This document shows positions 44,738-53,387 of a stretch of DNA of 64,000 bases, in pieces. This DNA comes from Candidatus Aminicenantes bacterium. Its GTDB lineage: Bacteria > Acidobacteriota > Aminicenantia > UBA2199. The notes under the pieces were generated by a model, which was given only the letters and a program-made list of their open reading frames with translations, was not told the origin of the DNA and made no database searches. The translations under genes and the position numbers were made by a program. The stretch's first letter is position 1. The number at the start of each line of letters is the position of its first letter. Where the stretch lies: positions 448,682-512,681 of the forward strand of contig CAWHBG010000001.1 in the NCBI GenBank assembly GCA_963827565.1, written 5' to 3'.

Positions 44738-46774
44738 TTAATGGAGCAGTTCAGATATCAGTTTTTCATACAATTCAGGATTATGTATTCCCTTGCTGCC
44801 GTCTTTTAAAAGTAGTTTATATAAATCATATACCCGGTTTCCGCTTTTGAGTTTCTCTTCTTCAATTTTTTTCTTCAGTTTATTCATCAACTCTGATGTT
44901 GAGTTAATCCACTCAACATGCATTTCTTCATAGTTCTCTTCATGACAATTGGAACATATTTCCTTTGTGGGCCTTACTATTTCATTACTCTCATTAACAT
45001 GACAATCGTTACATTCCACATCGTTTACCATAACATTCGGAATATTGAGAGTCAGGTGTTCCAGTTTCCCCTCATATATATTTTTCTGGATCTGATGACA
45101 ATCTGCGCATTCCTGTTTGCTCTCTTTTTTATGATGACAATCCATGCAATCATTTTTTCTGATTATCAATTGTCCATGGACAGCTTTATTCGAGTGACAA
45201 TTTCTGCAAGTTAATTTTTTTCCGTCAAGGTGTTTGTAATGAGGGAAATCCCATCCGAATATCTTCGCCGTTCTCAATTCGATCCCGGAATGGCAGTTAG
45301 AACATTCACCGGGAACAATATTTGTTTCCCGGTCAAATCTTGGAATGGATATCTGGTCAACTTTGTCCCCCAGACTTTTTCGAAGCATTTTAAATGACTG
45401 GTCAAGCAGCCTGTTTGCAAATGAAATATTGTGTATAGAATTTCCGAATTTAACCATTTTAAAATTAAACTCAGCATCTTCATATAACTTTTCAGAGCTT
45501 TTCCCTTTTTTTGTGTCTCTTATCGTTTTGATCTGCTTTTTAATAATTGGAAATATCTTTTCAAGCTGTGATATCTTTTTGTCAGTCTGGTTCTTCCAAT
45601 TCATTAGAATTTTATTGTATCCCTTCCCATGACATGGCTCACATGACTGGGAATTAGCTATCAGGGTGTCTCCCTTCTCCTCGAATGAAACAGAAAAATT
45701 ATGATGCTGATGACAGGCTTTACAATTGAGTCCCGATTCGAACATTGAACTGGGGTGATCCGGGACATTTTTCCCCCCTTTACCGGTAAACATCATCAAT
45801 TGAAGTTTATGCGGATCTGTGTGACATGAACTGCATTCGGGAATGATCTCTTCTGTCCTCGCTATCGATTTGTGCTGAATCTCAGTATGACATTGAATAC
45901 ATTCGATCTTATGATCAGTTATATGGTTCTTGTGCATGAGAACAGTATCATCGTACTGGTCTATTTTCTCCTGTTCTGCATGGCAATTATTACATCTGTT
46001 CCTCGGAACGGCTCCGTCACCGACGATCATTTCCCCATGACATTTATAACAACTTACTTTTCTTGCGAGAATGTCAGTATGATCATATTTTATCTCTTCA
46101 CTGTTATTCTCTCCTTTAACCGGAGGCGTATGGCATTTTGTACATTTTGAAATAACCTCCATTTCACTTTTAATACCTTTAAAATGGCAAAGGAAACATG
46201 ATGTTTCGGTTACTGACAGATGTGAACCCTGTACGATCTGTGAATGGCAGCTTGTACATCTTAATTGTTTTTCACGTCTCAGTCCCTCAAGATGAGGAGC
46301 ATGATCGAATATGATATTTTTTTTGAACTTTACTTTACCCTGGAGATTTCTTGTTTCATGACAGCCGCTTCTGAGGCAGCTTGCATCCGATATCTCTGCC
46401 CAGGGTTTGCTCTTTTTATAAACTCCGGTGAAATAGTTCACTACCATCGATGCTGCAGTTAATTTGCCTTTTAATTTATTTTTCAATCCGGGGGGAAAAT
46501 GGCAGTCTGTGCAAGTAACATCTTTATGAGAAGAATTAGCCCAGCTTTCATAATAGGGCTGCATGAAATGGCATGTAGAACAGAAACCCGGCCGGGATGT
46601 AATTTCCAGTGAAATTGATCCGAGAATGAGAAAGATTGCAGTGGTAACTGTTATGGCAACTATCAGCCGCTTCCAACCCGGTCCCCAGACGAGTTTATGA
46701 AGTGAAACAATGTTTCTCCTGATCAGCCGGAATATTTTAGCAATGCCTTTAAATGGTTTCAATAAGTTTTTCAT
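44738..46774 (-). CDS. NapC/NirT-type membrane-anchored multiheme cytochrome c (17 CXXCH + 1 CX4CH)
   Basis: ATG 46774 (AGAGGG RBS) is preferred over the TTG at 46795. An N-terminal TM helix is followed by the NapC/NirT signature FCSTCHFMQPYYESWANSSHKDVTCTDCHFPPG. I counted 17 CXXCH motifs plus CLRSGCH. Two NrfA/ONR-like helical segments are present (NSIHNISFANRLL, SKGIHNPELYEKLI). Confidence 0.85.
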   Translation of the reverse strand: MKNLLKPFKGIAKIFRLIRRNIVSLHKLVWGPGWKRLIVAITVTTAIFLILGSISLEITSRPGFCSTCHFMQPYYESWANSSHKDVTCTDCHFPPGLKNKLKGKLTAASMVVNYFTGVYKKSKPWAEISDASCLRSGCHETRNLQGKVKFKKNIIFDHAPHLEGLRREKQLRCTSCHSQIVQGSHLSVTETSCFLCHFKGIKSEMEVISKCTKCHTPPVKGENNSEEIKYDHTDILARKVSCYKCHGEMIVGDGAVPRNRCNNCHAEQEKIDQYDDTVLMHKNHITDHKIECIQCHTEIQHKSIARTEEIIPECSSCHTDPHKLQLMMFTGKGGKNVPDHPSSMFESGLNCKACHQHHNFSVSFEEKGDTLIANSQSCEPCHGKGYNKILMNWKNQTDKKISQLEKIFPIIKKQIKTIRDTKKGKSSEKLYEDAEFNFKMVKFGNSIHNISFANRLLDQSFKMLRKSLGDKVDQISIPRFDRETNIVPGECSNCHSGIELRTAKIFGWDFPHYKHLDGKKLTCRNCHSNKAVHGQLIIRKNDCMDCHHKKESKQECADCHQIQKNIYEGKLEHLTLNIPNVMVNDVECNDCHVNESNEIVRPTKEICSNCHEENYEEMHVEWINSTSELMNKLKKKIEEEKLKSGNRVYDLYKLLLKDGSKGIHNPELYEKLISELLH

Positions 46775-47063
46775 GTTGCCCTCTTTTTTGATCAAAAATG
46801 TTTATTTCTTTTGATTATAGGAATAGAAAAAAAAAAGTAAAATTAAATAAGACCGAAAGGGTTAAATAAAAACATTTATTTTTTATTGAAATGTGACTTT
46901 TAATATGTTAAATTTTTTTTAAACAATTTAAATCATTGCAATTTGAAAATGATTATATAAATTGTTTGTGTCAATTCCTTGAGCGAAGGGATGTTTAATG
47001 ATTAATTCAGGTTAGTTTAAATTAAAGATTTAAATATAATTCAGGTTAAAACCTGAAAGATTA

Positions 47064-49265
47064 TTGAAGGAGTTGGCATTGATTAAAAAAGCAAACTTAA
47101 TTTTATTATCATTTTTTCTTCTATTAATCCCACTTTGTTTGATCTCTGCGGATAACAATGAATGCATGGAATGCCATTCGGATGAAAGCCTCACTACAAT
47201 GAGGGGTGGAAGAGTTATTAAATTGTTTGTTGATATAAAAGTTCATAATAAATCAATTCATAAAGATCAGGAATGTGTCAATTGCCATGAAGAAGCGGAT
47301 GTTGAAGAATTCCCTCACGAAGAGAGGCTTACACCTGTTAACTGCGGAAATTGTCATGACAAACCCCAGGAAGAGTTTGATCGGGGTATTCACGGGAAAT
47401 TTCTGAAGACAAATCATTTGTATGCGCCAACATGTACTGAATGTCACGGAAAACATAATGTTGCGAGTGTCACTGATCCTGAATCGCCATCGTTTAGAAT
47501 GAATGTCCCTTATCTCTGTGGCAAATGTCACAGGGAGGGAGCTCCTGTTGCCAGGATCTATAAAATAAATGAAAGGAACATTATAGAAAATTACAGCCAG
47601 AGTATTCATGGGGAAGGATTATTCAAGAAGGGATTGTCAGTGTCAGCGACATGTGTTGATTGCCATAGCAGCCATAAAGTTCTTCCCCATACCGATCGCG
47701 AATCATCAATTCATCCGAATAACATTGCTTCAACTTGTATGCAGTGTCATACCAGGATAGAAGATGTTCATAAACAGGTTATCGAGAACAAAAAATGGGA
47801 GAAGAGCAAGGGGGCTATTCCTGCCTGTACTGACTGTCATCTTCCTCACAAAGTAAGAAAAGAATCAATTGTACTCCGGGTTTCTGATAAGGCATGTCTG
47901 AAATGTCATGAAGATGAAAATCTAAGTATGATGAAGGATGGCGAAAAGGTGTCACTCCATATAAATAAAGAAGACATTAAATCTTCGGTTCACATGGAAG
48001 TGACATGTGTAAAATGCCATTCTGATGTAAATCCGATGCTGAATAGGCCCTGTCAGACCGCTAATGAAGTTGACTGTACCAGCTGTCATATCAGTACAGG
48101 CGAAGAGTATAACAATTCCGGCCATGGAATGGCAAAAAAAAACATGGCGGAAGATGCACCGGATTGCGTAACCTGTCATGGCACCCACACGATCCAATCC
48201 CATCGTGATGATTCATCTCCTATCTATAAAACAAATATCCCTTCACTCTGTGGTGATTGTCATAAAAAGGACTCTAAAGTTAAACGGGTACATGAGTTAT
48301 CTCAAAAGGAAGTTATAAATAATTATTCACATAGTATACATGGGCAGAAGCTGACCGGGAAGGGATTTCTGGTCAGTGCATCCTGCACGGATTGTCACAA
48401 TAAACATTATATCCTCAGCAGCAAAGATGAGAAATCTTCTACTAACATCAAAAATGTTCAGGCTACATGTTCAACCTGCCATAGAGGCATATACAACGAT
48501 TACATAAAAAGTATCCATTTTACTTCCGAGCAATACAGGAAAGAGGACAGGCCAACCTGTATCACTTGTCATTCCGCACATACGATAAAGGATATTACCA
48601 AGGATCAGTTCATGACGGAGGTGACCGACCATTGCGGAGAATGTCACAAAAAATTGTCTGAAACATATCTCGATACGGTTCACGGAAAAACCTATCAGCT
48701 TGGTTATTTAAAATCAGCAAAGTGTTCAGACTGTCACAATGCCCACCTGATCCTCCCTACCAATGATCCCGATTCAAGTGTCGGTATGAACAATATTGTG
48801 AATACCTGCCAGAAGTGTCATGAAGATGCAAATGAGAGGTTTACTGGATATCTGACACATGCAACCCATCATGACAGGAAAAAATTTCCGATCCTCTATT
48901 ACACATACTGGGCGATGACATTACTTCTTATAAGTGTTTTTACATTTTTCGGAATTCATACTTTATTGTGGTTCCCTAGATCATACAAGAATATGAAGTT
49001 CAGAAAGAAACAGGCTCACGGACATGATGAGGTTTATGTTCAGCGGTTTGAATTATCTCAACGGCTGACCCATTTGTTCGTCATCCTCAGTTTTCTTGCC
49101 CTTGCATTTACCGGCCTGATCCTGAAATTTTCCTTCATGCCATGGGCGGCATTTTTTGCGAGTATAATAGGGGGGGTCCATAACGCAGGTTTATACACAG
49201 GTTTGCGGCCACTTGTAACCTTCGGTTATTTTTTCTTCCACGTATTTCAATTTGATAAGCCTTAA
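47064..49265 (+). CDS. 19-heme cytochrome c fused to the first helices of a b-type cytochrome membrane domain
   Basis: 733 aa with a signal peptide. I counted 19 CXXCH motifs, then TM helices (YWAMTLLLISVFTFFGIHTLLWF; LTHLFVILSFLALAFTGLILKF). The start codon is uncertain: TTG 47064, or the TTG ~15 nt later placed after GAAGGAG. The ORF ends prematurely and continues in other frames; see 49377..49859. Confidence 0.85.
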   Translation: MKELALIKKANLILLSFFLLLIPLCLISADNNECMECHSDESLTTMRGGRVIKLFVDIKVHNKSIHKDQECVNCHEEADVEEFPHEERLTPVNCGNCHDKPQEEFDRGIHGKFLKTNHLYAPTCTECHGKHNVASVTDPESPSFRMNVPYLCGKCHREGAPVARIYKINERNIIENYSQSIHGEGLFKKGLSVSATCVDCHSSHKVLPHTDRESSIHPNNIASTCMQCHTRIEDVHKQVIENKKWEKSKGAIPACTDCHLPHKVRKESIVLRVSDKACLKCHEDENLSMMKDGEKVSLHINKEDIKSSVHMEVTCVKCHSDVNPMLNRPCQTANEVDCTSCHISTGEEYNNSGHGMAKKNMAEDAPDCVTCHGTHTIQSHRDDSSPIYKTNIPSLCGDCHKKDSKVKRVHELSQKEVINNYSHSIHGQKLTGKGFLVSASCTDCHNKHYILSSKDEKSSTNIKNVQATCSTCHRGIYNDYIKSIHFTSEQYRKEDRPTCITCHSAHTIKDITKDQFMTEVTDHCGECHKKLSETYLDTVHGKTYQLGYLKSAKCSDCHNAHLILPTNDPDSSVGMNNIVNTCQKCHEDANERFTGYLTHATHHDRKKFPILYYTYWAMTLLLISVFTFFGIHTLLWFPRSYKNMKFRKKQAHGHDEVYVQRFELSQRLTHLFVILSFLALAFTGLILKFSFMPWAAFFASIIGGVHNAGLYTGLRPLVTFGYFFFHVFQFDKP

Positions 49266-49376
49266 AATAAAAACGAAAACACCGGTCTTCAAATTCATTT
49301 TCAGTAAGAATGGAATGATGTTCAACATAAAAGGACCTGAAGGATTTCTGGGGATCACTGAAGTGGTTTCTAGGAC

Positions 49377-49859
49377 TTGGGAAAAGGTCCGGAGTACGGT
49401 AAATGGACATATTGGGAAAAATTTGATTACTTTGCAGTGTTCTGGGGTGTTGCTGTTATCGGTATATCAGGGCTTATCTTGTGGTTCCCGGAATTTTTCA
49501 CAAAGATCATTCCCGGATGGGCAATAAATGTTGCAATGATAATCCATTCTGATGAAGCACTTCTTGCGATAGGATTTATATTTACAATACATTTTTTCAA
49601 TACCCATCTGAGGCCGGAGTCCTTCCCGATGGATAAAGTCATATTTACCGGACTTGTTCCTCTTCAAGAATACAAGAATGACAGACCGGAAGAGTATAAG
49701 AGGCTGGTGGAATCAGGTGAACTTGAGAGTAAACTGGTGAAACATAATGCATTTAAGAAATATAATAGATTCGTTACCTTTATGGGAATGACTTTTCTTA
49801 TTATCGGACTGGCTTTAACAGCACTTATCATATATTCAATGCTTTTCGGATATAAATAG
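49377..49859 (+). CDS. C-terminal part of the b-type cytochrome domain (FdnI/HydC-like), detached from 47064..49265 by frameshifts
   Basis: It reads GKWTYWEKFDYFAVFWGVAVIGISGLILWFPEFF...IIHSDEALLAIGFIFTIHFFNTHLRPESFPMD. Between 49190 and 49385 the reading frame hops: FFFHV / ISLKIKTKT..FIFSKNGMMFNIK / DFWGSLKWFLGLGK / GPEYGKWTYWEKF. Confidence 0.65.
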   Translation: MGKGPEYGKWTYWEKFDYFAVFWGVAVIGISGLILWFPEFFTKIIPGWAINVAMIIHSDEALLAIGFIFTIHFFNTHLRPESFPMDKVIFTGLVPLQEYKNDRPEEYKRLVESGELESKLVKHNAFKKYNRFVTFMGMTFLIIGLALTALIIYSMLFGYK

Positions 49860-49947
49860 TCCGGTTAAAATTATGAAGTATTTTTAGGTTAAAATTGAAT
49901 AGAATTTTAAATTTTCCTGTGGGAATTAAATATGGATAAAAACGGAT

Positions 49948-50271
49948 TTATTCGTCTCTTAAAAATTCTGTTTTATTTTCAGAAAGTTTAAGGACAAATT
50001 TTGACATATTTTCAATAATCTTCAATAAACTGATATCTGCAAGTGAATAGAATGCAAAAACTCCGTCCTTTGTTTTATTAAGAACGCCCATTTTAAAAAG
50101 GGCATTTAGATGATTAGAGAGACTGCTTGTGGATAATTGTGTTTTTTCCTGAAGTTCTGATACATTCATCTTGCTTTTGCCGATGAGGTCAATTATCAGA
50201 AGTCTTGAAGGTTTTGTGATGACCTGACATACCATTGAATATTGTTCGTAGAATTTAATATTGCGTGCCAT
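49948..50271 (-). CDS. ArsR/SmtB-family transcriptional regulator
   Basis: 107 aa. The wHTH pattern is PSRLLIIDLIGKSKMNVSELQEKTQLSTSSLSNHLNALFKMGVL. Confidence 0.8.
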   Translation of the reverse strand: MARNIKFYEQYSMVCQVITKPSRLLIIDLIGKSKMNVSELQEKTQLSTSSLSNHLNALFKMGVLNKTKDGVFAFYSLADISLLKIIENMSKFVLKLSENKTEFLRDE

Positions 50272-50419
50272 TTAACGATATTTTAATAAAAAACATTTAA
50301 AAAGTCAAAACTATTGAACTCTAAAATTAAGAAATTATACGTATTAACAAATAATTGTTATTAAAGTTGAAATATTAATAGGTAATAAGTTAGATTATTG
50401 AGGAGTATTGGAGTGGGAC

Positions 50420-50890
50420 ATGAAAAAATTAATTGAGATTTATACTGATGGCGCATGTTCCGGGAATCAGTTCCGGAATAATACCGGCGGATGGGGAGCG
50501 ATATTGATATCGCCGGGGAAAAGAAAAAAGAGATATTCGGTGGAGAGAAAAGGATACGACAAACAACAGAATGGAATTGACCGCATGCATCATGGGCTCT
50601 GCGTGAATTGAAAAGAGATGATTCTGTTATCAAAATGTATTCCGATAGTGCTTATATTGTAAATTGCATCAATAATAAATGGTATGTCAAATGGGAAAAG
50701 AACGGTTGGAAAACAACTAAAAAAGAACCGGTGGAGAATAGAGATCTATGGGAAGAATTGCTGGCCTTTGGTAAAAAAGTACAATATTGAGTTTATCAAA
50801 GTTAAAGGACACTCCGGAATTGAATTAAACGAAAGGGCGGATGAACTTGCAAATAAGGGAATGGAGTTCAATTTAATAAATCGAAATTGA
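50420..50890 (+). pseudogene. rnhA: ribonuclease HI, multiply frameshifted
   Basis: Pieces appear in three frames: MKKLIEIYTDGACSGN..GGWGAIL / DTTNNRMELTACIMG / ALRELKRDDSVIKMYSDSAYIVNCINNKWYVKWEKNGWKTTKKEPVENRDLWEELL / YNIEFIKVKGHSGIELNERADELANKG. All RNase HI catalytic motifs (DGA, TNNRMEL, SDS, NERAD) are recognisable. Confidence 0.75.
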
Positions 50891-50939
50891 AAAATATTTC
50901 ACCTTGTAGTGTTATAAATCATGCTATAATATGAAATAC

Positions 50940-51013
<74 letters not shown>

Positions 51014-51034
51014 TTTCCTTTCCAGTGAAAATAA

Positions 51035-51891
51035 ATGTTCAGATCAATACTTTCATAAAAGAATTGATAGAATAATTAAAAAATCCGAAACGATAAATAT
51101 TGATGAAAATTCCCGTATTATTATATTAAGTGATATGTCATCGCGGGCATGGGGACAGATCTGATGATTTCTTTCATAATCAGAATGTATACATCAATGC
51201 TCTAAAGCATTATATAAAAAAAGGATATACTTATATTGAGCTTGGAGATGGGGATGAGTTGTGGGAGAATGCAAATTTCAGGCTTATAAGTGAACGGTAC
51301 AGGATCATCTATCAGATGTTCGATGAACTTCACAGCAAAAACAGGTTCCGGTTCATTTGGGGAAATCACAACAGAAGATGGAAAAATAAATTTCTCTTTA
51401 ACAAACAATTTGGAGGAGTAATAGATGAACAAAGCGGGCTTGAAGTTAAACTACTTGAAGGCCTGAAAGCTGAGGAAGCGATAGTTTTACGGTTCAATAA
51501 AGATAAATAAGAAAGAAATTCTCCTTAATTCATGGACATCAGGGGGAGATACTTAATGATACTCTGTGGTGGTTCGGCAGGTTTTTTGTAAGAGTGTTCT
51601 GGAAGTTTTATCCAGATGAGGTTTGGTGTAGCAGACCCGACAAGTCCTGCAAGAAATTTCAGAATCAGAAAAAAAATAGACCTGAGGTTCATAGATGTTG
51701 CTGAGAAACAGAAAAAGGGAGTTATTATCGGACATACTCATTTTCCGGTTTTCCCTGATCCCGGGGATGTCCCGTATTTTAATGACGGAAGCTGTGTACA
51801 TCCGAGATGTATTACAGGAATAGAGATAAAAAGCGGGAGTATTGAACTTGTTAAATGGTTTTATTACTCAGAATGGTTCAGGATATCTTAA
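51035..51891 (+). pseudogene. calcineurin-like metallophosphoesterase, multiply frameshifted
   Basis: Fragments: SRIIILSD / HRGHGDRSDDFFHNQ...YIELGDGDELWEN...FIWGNHN / LIHGHQG-like piece / VIIGHTHFPVF...PYFNDGSCVHPRCITGIEIKSGSIELVKW. The canonical D..H, GD, GNH, H and GHTH motifs are all present but spread across frames. The start is approximate. Confidence 0.55.
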
Positions 51892-52004
51892 ACTTAAGAC
51901 GGGAAATAATATCGGGCCCTTCAAAAATAGAGGAATTGTTAAAATTTTCAGATTGATTTTTTATAATTGTAGTTTAGCCTAATATTTTATGTTATAATTT
52001 TACC

Positions 52005-53333
52005 ATGGACAGAAGAAACTTCATAAAAAATTCAATATTACTTTCGTCAGGACTTGGATTATCATATTGTGGAGCGGGTTCCAATGATGATAAAATCAAG
52101 GTTGTTATTCTCGGGTTTGACGGTGCAGGGATGGGCGACCATTGATCCTTTAATAGAAAAGGGAAAACTTCCTTATCTCAAAAAGTTCAGAGACAATAGT
52201 GCCTGGGGTGATTTTAAAACAATCAAACCTACAAAATCCAATGTGGTATGGACAAGTATTGCAACGGGAAAACAATGCTGAAACATGGAATTATGGATTT
52301 CTCATATCTAAAAAAGAATGGTATCAAAGTCCCTTTTACAAAATCACAAAGGAGGGAACCGGCTATCTGGCAGATCCTTACATCCTACAATAAAAGCAAT
52401 GCGGTAATTAACTGGTGGGTGTCTCATCCTCCGGATAAGGTTAAAGGTGTGATGCTTTCTGATCATTTCAGAAGATTTGCTCAGAATAGAGTAAATAAAG
52501 ATGCACTTGATTCCTACTGTTCATCCGCCCTCATATTTTAAGAAGCTTGGAGCATTTGGCGACAGAGAATAAAAATTATAGAAAAGTTCTTAAAAGAATG
52601 GGCCTCCCGGATTTTTTCAACAATACAATAAAACACATCCGGGTAAAAATGCGGCAAAGGTACCGGTTCTTGGAATTTATAAAAGGCTTGATCAAACATG
52701 ATGAATGGTTGAAACAGCATCGAGATATATCAGGGATAATTTGGAAACAGATTTTTTTGCGACATATTTCAGACTGCCGGATATAACACAGCATTTCATC
52801 ACCCATTTCATGGATAAGGAATTTAAGACCAAATTAAAAGCTGCATATAAAGATGGAGTATTAAATCCGGAAATTTCAGAAGAAGCAACGAAAGGGTTTC
52901 AGATCTTATGTTTCCGATATACAGATTTATGGAGAAGGTAATAAAGGAATATGTTGAATCTGAAAAAGGGAAGAATACATATTTTATGGTAATGTCAGAT
53001 CACGGATTTTCTTTTTACGATGGTGGTTATAATCATTATAATCTACCTGGATACAATGCCGGCTCCCGAGGGGATATTCTTAATGCATGGCCCGAAAGTA
53101 AGGTCCGGGAAACTTGAAGATGTGGGTGTTTATGACGTAGCTCCCACTGTACTTAATCTTTTTGATCTTCCCATAGGAAAAAACATGGATGGGAAAGTTC
53201 TGAAGAGTGCACTAAAATAAACAACAGGATCAGATATAAAGAGTATAAAATGAAGAAATACAATGATGGGAAAATCGATGAGAACTTCCAGAGAGAAGAA
53301 CTTGAAGAACTGAAATCGATTGGGTACATTTAG
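52005..53333 (+). pseudogene. alkaline-phosphatase-superfamily enzyme (type I phosphodiesterase / nucleotide pyrophosphatase-like), multiply frameshifted
   Basis: It begins with a Tat-like signal and lipobox (MDRRNFIKNSILLSSGLGLSYCGAG). Fragments spread over at least six ORFs in three frames: VVILGFDGA, TIDPLIEKGKLPYLKKF, KPTKSNVVWTSIATGK, YFMVMSDHGFSF, GIFLMHGPKV, YDVAPTVLNLFDLPIGKNMDGKVL, and a terminal ELKSIGYI*. Confidence 0.6.
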
Positions 53334-53387
53334 GAATTTGTCTGTTTCCCAAATTGAATTCCCGTTTGTATCTGATATAATTTTTTC

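Noticed and set aside
46785-46798. TTTTTGATCAAAAA palindrome considered as an FNR/CRP-family site
   Set aside because: The FNR/CRP consensus is TTGAT-N4-ATCAA. Here the half-sites abut with no spacer, so the geometry does not fit. It is kept only as an unassigned palindrome.
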